From: an uncultured bacterium
GTDB taxonomy: Bacteria; Hinthialibacterota; Hinthialibacteria; Hinthialibacterales; Hinthialibacteraceae
DNA: 42,894 nt
Direction: 5' to 3'
Assembly: GCA_964449065.1 (NCBI GenBank)
Contig: CAYVAZ010000005.1
Coordinates: 1-42,894 of the forward strand
The translations under genes were made by a program, and so were the position numbers. Each line of letters starts with the position of its first letter. Position 1 is the stretch's first letter. The notes under the pieces were generated by a model that was not told the DNA's origin, made no database searches, and saw nothing but the letters and a program-made list of their open reading frames with translations. Positions 8,050-17,000 of this stretch are shown one piece after another.

Positions 8050-9159
8050 TTGCGAATTTTACACATATATAAAGATTATTATCCCCCGACCTGCGGCGGG
8101 ATTGAGATTGCGATCAACCGAATTATTGAATCCACGCGCGATGAATGCGATGAAATCTCTGTTTTGATTTGCAACCGCAAACCGGGTACGGAGTTTGCCG
8201 AGGTGGAAGGGACTCCGGTGTATAAAGCGGGCGAGTGGGGGCGGTTTTTATCAACACCGGTTTCGCCGGCGTTTCCGTTTTTGCTGCGGAAACTCAAAGC
8301 AGAAATTTTGCACTATCACATTCCCAATCCCACAGCGGTGATCTCGCATTTGATGATGAGGCCATCCGGCAAAGTGGTGGTGCATTACCACAGCGATATC
8401 GTGCGGCAAAAGAATTGGATGCCTATTTACCAACCCTTTCGTCGGCGTTTTCTCGCTCAAGCGGACCGAATTATTACCACATCTCCAAATTATTTAGACT
8501 CTTCTGAGGATTTGCAGCCGTTTCGGGACAAGACTCGCGTTATCCCGTTCGGCATCCCCTTACACCGGTTTACTCGCAGCCCGGAACTCAATGCCAGCGC
8601 GCAAACCATCAAAAAGCGGTATGGAGAACGGTTGGTATTGTTTGTGGGAATCTTGCGGTACTACAAAGGGATCGAGTATTTAATTCGGGCGATGAAGCAT
8701 GTAGACGCGAAATTGTTGATCGTAGGTACAGGTCCCCTCCTTCCGGACTTGATCGAACAAGCGGAGCAATCGGGGTTTAAAGATAAAATTGTGTTTGTGG
8801 GGCAGGTGGAATCGGTAATCCCCTATTATTTTGCATCCAGCGTGTTTTGTTTGCCTTCCATCTATCGTTCCGAGGCGTTTGGATTGGTATTAACCGAAGC
8901 CGCGGCATGTGGTTTGCCGTTGATTTCAACGGATATCGGTACCGGAACTTCCTATATCAATCTGCATGAAAAAACCGGATTGGTCGTGCCGCCGTGTGAT
9001 GAACATTCGCTTGCGTATGCTATCAACTTCATTTTAAATGACCCGTTTAAGCAAGAGCAGTATGGATCGGCCGCCCGCAAGCGTGCCGAAGAACTTTTTT
9101 CTGTAGAAAAAATGGGACGAGACATCTTAAATCTGTATAATGAAATTCTCAAAGAATAA
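8050..9159 (+). CDS. Glycosyltransferase family 4 (GT-B)
   Basis: MRILHIYKDYYPP..GGIE, HYHSDIVRQK, LFVGILRYYKG and PS..RSEAFGLVLTEAAACGLPLIST (E-x7-E motif). TTG start. Confidence 0.93.
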   Translation: MRILHIYKDYYPPTCGGIEIAINRIIESTRDECDEISVLICNRKPGTEFAEVEGTPVYKAGEWGRFLSTPVSPAFPFLLRKLKAEILHYHIPNPTAVISHLMMRPSGKVVVHYHSDIVRQKNWMPIYQPFRRRFLAQADRIITTSPNYLDSSEDLQPFRDKTRVIPFGIPLHRFTRSPELNASAQTIKKRYGERLVLFVGILRYYKGIEYLIRAMKHVDAKLLIVGTGPLLPDLIEQAEQSGFKDKIVFVGQVESVIPYYFASSVFCLPSIYRSEAFGLVLTEAAACGLPLISTDIGTGTSYINLHEKTGLVVPPCDEHSLAYAINFILNDPFKQEQYGSAARKRAEELFSVEKMGRDILNLYNEILKE

Positions 9160-9242
9160 TAAAAAAGCATTTAAAATCATGATTATTTATGGTATTATAT
9201 ATAGAATAATGATTTTGGGGAACATCAGAGTATTGGGACAGC

Positions 9243-10757
9243 ATGATAAAATACAATAATATTTTAACGGTTTTTTGTTGTTTAGGTTTGGCATCACTTA
9301 CACATTCCGCTGAATTGCACACTTCGGTAAACGATTTATCGCCCGTTCAGTTTGTGTACCCAAATGCCAATGGGAGCCGTTTGGGTGCCGGTGTCGCGAA
9401 AGTAGGAGATTTCAACGGCGACAATGAATTTTTAGACTTCGCTATAGGCGCGCCCGGATTTAACGGCATACTGAATGGGCGCATTCAAGACAAAGGGGCC
9501 GTGTTTATTGTTGACGGTAGATCTGTTTTATCTGGGAACCCGACGATTGATCTTTCCCATTCTGACACCAAGCAAACAATTATTACCGGTACACAAGACA
9601 TACCAATCGGTTCATCAATCTCAAACGCGGGTGATATCAACGCCGATGGATTTGGTGATCTATTGATAGGATCCCAAACCGGCAAACAAGGGCTTTTGAT
9701 TTACGGCCAATCCTCACCGCCAAAGCAAATTATTCCCGAACAATATCAAGAGTATGGTGTGGTAATTAAAGATACAGGATTCAGCACTTCTATTGCGGGA
9801 GATTTTAATGGAGATGGGTTTCAGGATGCCGTTTTTGGTTCTCCGTCCGCGGAAGTAATTATACAAAATAATCAGGAACTTGTCTTTGGAGGATTTACTC
9901 TCCTATACGGTAACACGGTACTCCCAAAATTGATCCAAGCCTTTATTCCTTCACCTCATCATTTTTACAACCGCGATACTCCCAATACTTCGTATGCCCG
10001 TTTTGTCTCAGGGAATACCGATATCAATACAGACGGATTCAGCGATATCATCATCACGGCATTTACGGAGGCCGGCGAAAAAGAAAACAAAGCCTATGTA
10101 GTATTCGGTTCTCCGGATGCGTTTTCAAGCGGCAAAGCGAAATACGGTTTGATCCTGCGCGGTATCCATGAATTCGTTTCTTCATGCGGTGATGTGGATG
10201 CTGACGGCTTTCCGGAATTGATAGCCGGTTTGCCGAACAACGAAACCCTTTTATTGAAAGGCAAAGCCAATTTGCAAGGTACCATCAATTTGAATGACTC
10301 CCCTTCACAATGGGGAATGGTGATACGAGGAGCGGACCGGGTTTACCATGCGGGAGATTTGAACGGCGACGGGTATCAAGATTTGGTCGCGGCCATGCCT
10401 CATGCCAAAGTTGACAATCAAGTAATGACTGGACAAGTGGTATTTTTATTTGGAAGACCGCAACTGCCTGAGGTTGTGAATATAGAAGAATTACGAAATG
10501 GCGGTTTGACTACAATTGATTATGTTTTGGTCAATGGACTTCAAGCTTTTGATACATTTGGAGCCAGCGTAGCAGCGCTGGGAGATATTCAAAATGACGG
10601 TTTTGGGGATGTGTTGATCGGCGCCCCCACTCAACCGCTGCCCGGTGATTCCAACCCGCAACGTTCCGGCGGGGTCTATTTAATCCAAGGTAGAGACTTG
10701 TTTTATGGTCTGCAGACGTACCGCAGTTCGTTCTCTCAGCGGGGCAAAAAGCAATAA
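9243..10757 (+). CDS. Secreted FG-GAP/integrin-alpha-like beta-propeller protein
   Basis: Signal peptide and about seven GD[FIVL]N.DG[FY].D....G[AS]P...G.V...[FY]G calcium-binding repeats. Confidence 0.88.
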   Translation: MIKYNNILTVFCCLGLASLTHSAELHTSVNDLSPVQFVYPNANGSRLGAGVAKVGDFNGDNEFLDFAIGAPGFNGILNGRIQDKGAVFIVDGRSVLSGNPTIDLSHSDTKQTIITGTQDIPIGSSISNAGDINADGFGDLLIGSQTGKQGLLIYGQSSPPKQIIPEQYQEYGVVIKDTGFSTSIAGDFNGDGFQDAVFGSPSAEVIIQNNQELVFGGFTLLYGNTVLPKLIQAFIPSPHHFYNRDTPNTSYARFVSGNTDINTDGFSDIIITAFTEAGEKENKAYVVFGSPDAFSSGKAKYGLILRGIHEFVSSCGDVDADGFPELIAGLPNNETLLLKGKANLQGTINLNDSPSQWGMVIRGADRVYHAGDLNGDGYQDLVAAMPHAKVDNQVMTGQVVFLFGRPQLPEVVNIEELRNGGLTTIDYVLVNGLQAFDTFGASVAALGDIQNDGFGDVLIGAPTQPLPGDSNPQRSGGVYLIQGRDLFYGLQTYRSSFSQRGKKQ

Positions 10758-10866
10758 GACCGGATTGAGTTCATATCCTTCAAAATTTCCTTAGATACAA
10801 CAGCACTCAACTTTCAACCAATTCCAAGTATAATCGCATTTTTATTAATCAAACGGCGGGATAGCT

Positions 10867-11922
10867 ATGAGCACAACGATGAACGAAACGCAAGATGTCC
10901 ATATCGTGAAGATCAATCCATTGATTTCACCACGGGAGATGAAAGAAGCGTATCCCATGAGCGAAAAGGCTACGGAAACGGTTCTGGAAGCGCGGAATAC
11001 CATCAAGAGAATGCTGCGGGGAAAAGAAGACCGCTTTTTGATGATCGTGGGGCCGTGTTCAATTCATGATGCCGGGATTGCGGAAGAATATGCCCAACGG
11101 TTGGCCGCTTTGCAGCAGAAAGTGAAAGACCGGATTGTTTTGGTAATGCGGGTTTATTTTGAAAAACCCCGTACCACTGTCGGGTGGAAGGGATTGATCA
11201 ACGACCCGTATTTGAACGACAGTACAGACATCGAGCATGGAATAACCACCGCACGCAAGATTCTTCTAAACATAAACGATTTGGGACTGCCGGCCGCGAC
11301 CGAATTTCTCGATCCGATCGTGCCGCAATACATTGCGGAATTGGTCACTTGGGCCGCGATTGGCGCGCGTACCACCGAATCACAAACCCACCGCGAGATG
11401 TCAAGCGGTCTTTCGATGCCGGTTGGGTTTAAAAACAGCACAGAGGGCAATTTGCAAATTGCTATCGATGCCCTGCACTCTTCCAACTATCCGCACAGTT
11501 TTCTCGGGATCGATCAGGAGGGGAAAGCCTCGATCATCAGTACCAGCGGTAATGTTTGGGGCCATATTATTTTGCGCGGCGGGCGTTCCGGTCCAAACTA
11601 TGATCGCGAAAGTGTTGAACAAACCAAAACATCATTAGAAAAAGCACAAATCCCACCTTATGTCATGATCGATTGCAGCCACGCGAACTCCAGCAAAGAT
11701 TTCACCAAACAGGAAACCGTCCTGCAATCCATCATCGAACAGAAACAGTCCGGTCAAGACTGCATATTCGGCGCGATGCTGGAAAGCAACATCCACGAAG
11801 GAAAGCAAAATATTCCTGCCGATTTGTCAGAATTGAAGTATGGCGTTTCGGTAACAGATGGCTGCATCAGTTGGGAAACGACGGAACGGATCATTCAAGA
11901 AGCGTATAAAAAGTTGGGGTAG
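10867..11922 (+). CDS. aroG: 3-deoxy-7-phosphoheptulonate synthase, class I-alpha (AroF/G/H family; isoenzyme not determinable)
   Basis: GPCSIHD, MRVYFEKPRTTVGWKGLINDP, IGARTTESQTHRE, DCSHANS and YGVSVTDGCI. Confidence 0.96.
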   Translation: MSTTMNETQDVHIVKINPLISPREMKEAYPMSEKATETVLEARNTIKRMLRGKEDRFLMIVGPCSIHDAGIAEEYAQRLAALQQKVKDRIVLVMRVYFEKPRTTVGWKGLINDPYLNDSTDIEHGITTARKILLNINDLGLPAATEFLDPIVPQYIAELVTWAAIGARTTESQTHREMSSGLSMPVGFKNSTEGNLQIAIDALHSSNYPHSFLGIDQEGKASIISTSGNVWGHIILRGGRSGPNYDRESVEQTKTSLEKAQIPPYVMIDCSHANSSKDFTKQETVLQSIIEQKQSGQDCIFGAMLESNIHEGKQNIPADLSELKYGVSVTDGCISWETTERIIQEAYKKLG

Positions 11923-11929
11923 ATCCCCC

Positions 11930-12766
11930 TTATTTTGATTGCCAGTTTTTTACATTTGAACCACTGTTCTTCAACATAATTTCAATGTGGAAAAGGATTG
12001 GCCATCGTTTACCAGTAACAAATAACCGTTCGTTATCTTTGTCATAGGCGATACCGTTCAATACATCCGGCCGGGGAAAGCCGCCGATTGGGGGCAAGAG
12101 ACCGCTTAAATCGATGATGGAGTTGACCTTTCCGCTTGCCGGATCAATCCGAACAATTGTGTCCGTCATCCATACGTTGGCATAAACTTCTCCTTTGATG
12201 TATTCCAACTCATTCAATTGGCGGATTGGATTGCCGTTCAACGTGACTGTTACATCGCGCACCAATTCAAACGTATGGGGATTGAGAAAGTGAAGCGTAT
12301 CCGTACCATCGCTCATGATGAGGTATGTACCGTCATGTGTAATCCCCCAGCCCTGCCAAGGGTAAGCGAACCGCCGTAATTCCGCAAACGAAAATTGATC
12401 GTAAACAAATCCGGTATTGCTGAGCCAAGTGAGTTGAATTAACTTGCCTTCAAAGAGGGTTATGCCTTCTCCAAAGAACTTGTTTTCCAAATCGTGTTTT
12501 TGCAGCACTTCTCCGGTTTCCAACTCAACCCAGCGGAGGGAACTTTCCCCAAACTGGCCGGTACCTTCATAAAGCATCCCGTTTTCATAAACCAATCCTT
12601 GCGTAAAGGCATTGCGGTCGTGATCATATTGATTGACCACACGATAGGTATAAACCGGAATATCCGGTGGAGTTTGTTGAATGGTGACTTTCTTCGCCGG
12701 GATATCACCTTGCGGCAGATTGAGCATGAGATATCCAAAAAAAAGTAAACAAGACAAACTGTGCAT
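11930..12766 (-). CDS. Glutaminyl-peptide cyclotransferase (bacterial/plant five-bladed propeller type), exported, with appended C-terminal VKNWQSK tag
   Basis: HD..AFTQGL, LYEGTG..G.S, FGEGIT, QLTW, GWGIT, LNELE, ANVW and DVLNGIAYD...LFVTGKRWP. Hydrophobic N-terminus. Confidence 0.93.
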   Translation of the reverse strand: MHSLSCLLFFGYLMLNLPQGDIPAKKVTIQQTPPDIPVYTYRVVNQYDHDRNAFTQGLVYENGMLYEGTGQFGESSLRWVELETGEVLQKHDLENKFFGEGITLFEGKLIQLTWLSNTGFVYDQFSFAELRRFAYPWQGWGITHDGTYLIMSDGTDTLHFLNPHTFELVRDVTVTLNGNPIRQLNELEYIKGEVYANVWMTDTIVRIDPASGKVNSIIDLSGLLPPIGGFPRPDVLNGIAYDKDNERLFVTGKRWPILFHIEIMLKNSGSNVKNWQSK

Positions 12767-12782
12767 CGATACAAATCCTTTA

Positions 12783-13307
12783 TTAATCCACTTTTCCCAT
12801 GGATTTTACATCATAGGACGGTTTTTGTCTGTACCACAACCAGCCGGCCAACATGTAAAACGGAACTTCATACAAAACAATAATCCACAGTTTCAATAAG
12901 GAACGTGTGAGGTTGCTCCACCCCTCCGAATGGGGATCGACGGCGACTAAATTGATGGGGCAAAACATCCAGTCGGTCCATGGCCAAAACAACGCGACTC
13001 CCAGTCCGTTGGTCGGGTTTTGATCGAGCATGGAGTCAACCAATAGATGAAGCATACCGCAGCCGAATGCGCAGAGCCATGCTTTAAGGCGTTCTGAAGA
13101 AAAGAACATGCAAACCAGGGAAGCAACAAAGACCACAAAAAATATATTGTGAGTGACCACCCGGTGAATGTCGTTAAAAAAGGGAAACAGGATAAACAGA
13201 AAATCAATATCCGGGATGATGCCGCCAATAATGCAAGCGGGGAGGATCGTTTTTGGTGTGAGTCTTGCCGTGATATAGGATACCGAACCGTGTCCTAAAA
13301 TTGTCAT
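12783..13307 (-). CDS. Membrane-bound metal-dependent hydrolase (YdjM family)
   Basis: M...GH, IPDID, HRVVTHN, HLLVD and G.ALFWPW motifs. Start re-called at ATG 13307. Confidence 0.85.
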   Translation of the reverse strand: MTILGHGSVSYITARLTPKTILPACIIGGIIPDIDFLFILFPFFNDIHRVVTHNIFFVVFVASLVCMFFSSERLKAWLCAFGCGMLHLLVDSMLDQNPTNGLGVALFWPWTDWMFCPINLVAVDPHSEGWSNLTRSLLKLWIIVLYEVPFYMLAGWLWYRQKPSYDVKSMGKVD

Positions 13308-13536
13308 GCTTTGCTGAGTCTCCACAGAAGTTTTTATACCGTCAGAACTTTTGATTATAATAGAATTGCACCGAAACGTTATGGAGGTGTTTAATTTGCT
13401 TCTTTTAACCCATGAACCCTATTCTGAAAAATTAAGAGCCGTTAGAAAAAGAAAAGGGTCTGATGTGTGATTCAGTTTTCGGTTTGCCTGAAGTGGTGGC
13501 AAAACCAAGAGTAGTTGTCAAAAGAACGTTTGTTTT

Positions 13537-13561
13537 GGGAGGGCGAGGCTCCCGCCGAGCC
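13537..13561. repeat. Possible second REP-type element GGGAGGGCGAGGCTCCCGCCGAGCC
   Basis: GC-rich island with GGGAG/CTCCC inverted arms in an AT-rich intergenic stretch. Resembles a dispersed intergenic repeat I recall from Planctomycetota genomes. Single copy in this window. Confidence 0.4.
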
Positions 13562-13751
13562 AGATGAACTGTTCGAATCAATCAGAACGTATTTTTGGCA
13601 ACATCGCTTTAAATAATGAAAAAGCCCCAAATGGCCCCTAACATACCCCAAGGCAACACCCTGTTAATAGTTGTGGGTAAACCTCAGCCAATCTTGGGGA
13701 GGGAATTCGCATCCATCAAGATTGAATTGCGAAAAATCAAAGAATTTTGAA

Positions 13752-13907
13752 ACAAGTAAAGAAACACAAGTAAAGAAACNNNNNNNNNNNNNNNNNNNNN
13801 NNNNNNNNNNNNNNNNNNNNNNNNNNNNNNNNNNNNNNNNNNNNNNNNNNNNNNNNNNNNNNNNNNNNNNNNNNNNNNNACAAGTAAAGAAACACAAGTA
13901 AAGAAAC
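13752..13907. repeat. 14-bp tandem repeat (ACAAGTAAAGAAAC)n spanning a 100-N assembly gap
   Basis: Two exact units at 13752-13779 and two at 13880-13907, with N run at 13780-13879. Confidence 0.85.
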
Positions 13908-13954
13908 GCATTTACAGTATGCGGTAACCATGCAATACTGTATATCCTTTTGAC

Positions 13955-13988
13955 AAAAAAAGGCCCCGGAGAGGAGGGACCTCCGGGG
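13955..13988 (-). terminator. Intrinsic terminator downstream of smc
   Basis: Minus strand CCCCGGAG-GTCCCTCCT-CTCCGGGG-CC-T7. Confidence 0.8.
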
Positions 13989-14062
13989 AAAGAGATGCAC
14001 GGGCGCACATTACTGTGCGGGTGGAGCCGTTGGAGCGGCTCCATCTTTGTATACAGGAAAAC

Positions 14063-17000
14063 TTAAGAAACCAAAGCAGGTTCTTCTTCCTGCTCGGTTT
14101 GGTTTTCAATTACTTGCGGCGTGTTTTCATCCGGTACCGCTTTTTTGTGTTTGTCATCAAACTTCATGGAATAAATGGTTGAGACTCCTTCTTGCGGCAT
14201 GGTAACGCCGTAAATGGCATCGGCCACGCTCATGGTACGCTTATTGTGGGTAATCATGATGAATTGTGACCGGTCTAAAAACCCTTGCAATAACGTTGTA
14301 AACCGGCCGATGTTCACATCATCCAGCGGGGCGTCAATCTCATCCAAGAAGCAGAAGGGGCTGGGCTTAATCTCGTAAATCGCAAAGAGCAGCGAAACCG
14401 CCACCATTGCTTTCTCCCCCCCGGAGAGGAGGGTGATGGATTGCAGTTTTTTGCCCGGAGGCTGCACTTCGATTTCGATACCCGCTTCCATCGGGTCGCC
14501 TTCCATGAGGCGGATTTCGGCTTTGCCGCCATTGAAGATTTTGCGGAACATGCGGTTGAAGTTTTCCTGCACTTGGGTAAAGGTTTCCATAAATAATTCT
14601 TTGGTGGTGCCGTGCAATTCCTTAGCGGTTTTGAGCAAGTCTTCTTTTGCTTTAACCAAATCGCTCTGCTGTGCTTCCAAAAACTCGCATCGTTCTTTTA
14701 CCTCTTCATATTCTTCAATCGCAAGTTCGTTCACCATGCCCAACTGTTCAAGGCGGCGGCAATAGAACTCTACTTTTTCATTCAATTCATCAGTGGTGCG
14801 TTCATCGCGTTCCAGTTCTTCTTGGTTGGTGAGTTTGCTGTAAGCCTCACTCATCCGTTCGTTCCAGTGTTCTTCTTCAACTTTGAGACGAATATTGTCT
14901 TGTTCGGTTTTGTTGAGTTCATCGCGCAGTTTTTCATGTTTTTCGGCGGTTTCGGTTTCGTCTTTGCTGACTTTTTGGATGTCGGCGCGCATTTCTTGGT
15001 TGACGGCTTCACATTTTTGCACTTCCTGCCAAAGTTGATCGCGTTCGCCGCGCAGGCGTTCCATGGTTTGCTTGGTTTCGGCGATGGCGGATTGCGCTTC
15101 CAAGCGGCGCTCTTCCTGCTGTTGGATGGTTTGCTTTTTCTCTTCGATTCCCTTTTCGAGTTCATCGAGATGGCGTTTGCGCATTTCGATATCGCCCATC
15201 CAGCGTTCGCAGTCTTTTTGTTTTTCCAGCAAATACATACGCTTCTCGGAAATTTCATCGGATTTGGCGCGGCGCTGGGTTCGGAATTCCGCAATTTGCG
15301 ATTGCCATTCTTCTAAATCGCGGCTGAGTTCACCGTAATTGTTTTCCAATTCGGATAATTGTTCTTGACGCTGCGTTTGGGTTTGGTTGCCGCTCTGCAA
15401 ATTGGTTTGTAGTTTTTCTTGTTCTTTCAAAATGTTCTGGTTGGATGTTTCGATATTTTCCAACTGGGATTGGGTTTGTTTGTGTTCGTGCTGAACGGCT
15501 TTGAGATCATTCTGCTTTTGCAGCAGCAGATCGCGGACTTCGTCGCGCTGACGGTTGAGACCGCTGAGTTCCTCTTGGACGGCAGTGATGTTCTGTTCCA
15601 ACTCTGTACGCTCGGCATGTAACTTTTGCGCCTTCTCATCCAAGCGTTTAATTTCTGTGGTTCGGTCTAAGATTTGAGAGGCTTTGGAGAACCCTCCTGT
15701 GATGGTGCCGTCGCTCTCAATGACGTCACCTTCCATCGTAAGTAAACGAAACCCCGGGGGCAATACAGATTGAAGCCGGAATCCTTCTTCCAGGCTCGGA
15801 ACCAAATAGGTTGATTTCAGCATGTTGCGAATGACCGGCTGAAATGAGTCATCGCAGCGAACCAAATCAGACGCGTTTTGCAGATTTTGAATTTCCACGG
15901 GTATTTCTACATCGGCCAGCAGTTCGTTCCATTGCAAAGGCAGAAAGGCTACCCGTCCCTTTTTTTCTTCACGAAGGCGGTCAATCGCGGCTTGTATGGC
16001 TTGCGGATTTTCTGCAAGGACGGCCTGAAGTTTCAGCGCCAACGCGGCATCGACGGCTTGTTCATATCCCGGCAGGACTTGGATGCGTTCGGCCACGTTG
16101 CATAGCAAATTAGAGAGAGGCTTCTCATCCCCGCGTAACAGGTAGCGCACCCCTTCTTCAAAGCCTTCAAGATTGGCTTGCAGCGCGCGGAGTGACTCCA
16201 AGCGGGAGTGGGCTTTTTGCCATTCGCGCTCGCATTCATTGAGGTCTTGCTTCCATTTTTTCTCGGACGCGTTCTTCTCTTCCAGACGGGCAAGAATTTC
16301 ATCGTAGTGGCGCTGTTGTTCGCGGGTTTGACGTTCAACGGTTTCTTCATCGGCGGTGAGTTTGGCAACCTTTTCACGCAGGGAAGAAATCTGTTCCATA
16401 ATGCGTTCGTTTTCATCAATGAGTTGAGCCAAGCGGTTTTGGATGTGTTCGCAATCGCGTTCCCACAAACGTTGTTGGTCTTGCAGTTCGCGAATTTGCT
16501 GTTCGAGTTGTACGCATCGCTTTTGTTTTTGTTGGCCCTCGGCTTCCATTTCTTGAAAGCGCCGGTTCATCTCATCCAATCCGGTTTGCAGCGAATGGAT
16601 GGCGGTTTGCAATTCATTGATCTCGTTTTGCAGGGCTTCGGCTTGCTGTTCGGCGTGTTTGATTTTTTCTTGCTCATCTTGCGAGCGCGTCATATCCGCT
16701 TCGGTTTCACTCTCGAGTTTGGTTTTCATTTGGCCGTATTCGGTTTCGCGGTCGCTCAAATGCTGCAAATGGCTTTCCATCTGTTCGAGGCGCGCGTTTG
16801 CGGAAGCATAAGACTCGCGCTGGGTGCGGTTGATTTCGTCTTGCTCTTGCAGTTTGGCTGTGAGTTCGTTTTTCCGGGTACGGACGGTTGATAATTCTCC
16901 AGCAATGACTTGTACCTGCGCTTGCAAGCCTTTGAGTTTGGAGGTGTTGTTTTCCAAGTTCTCCAGCAATGTCTTTCCGGAACGGTGATGCAGAATGTAT

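Noticed and set aside
13752..13907. CRISPR array
   Set aside because: Units are 14 bp and directly abutting with no spacers, and no cas genes are nearby. The gap content is unseen.
13664..14109. ORF-track ORFs crossing or adjoining the N gap
   Set aside because: They are open largely because of Ns and the tandem repeat, and they overlap terminator and hairpin sequence.
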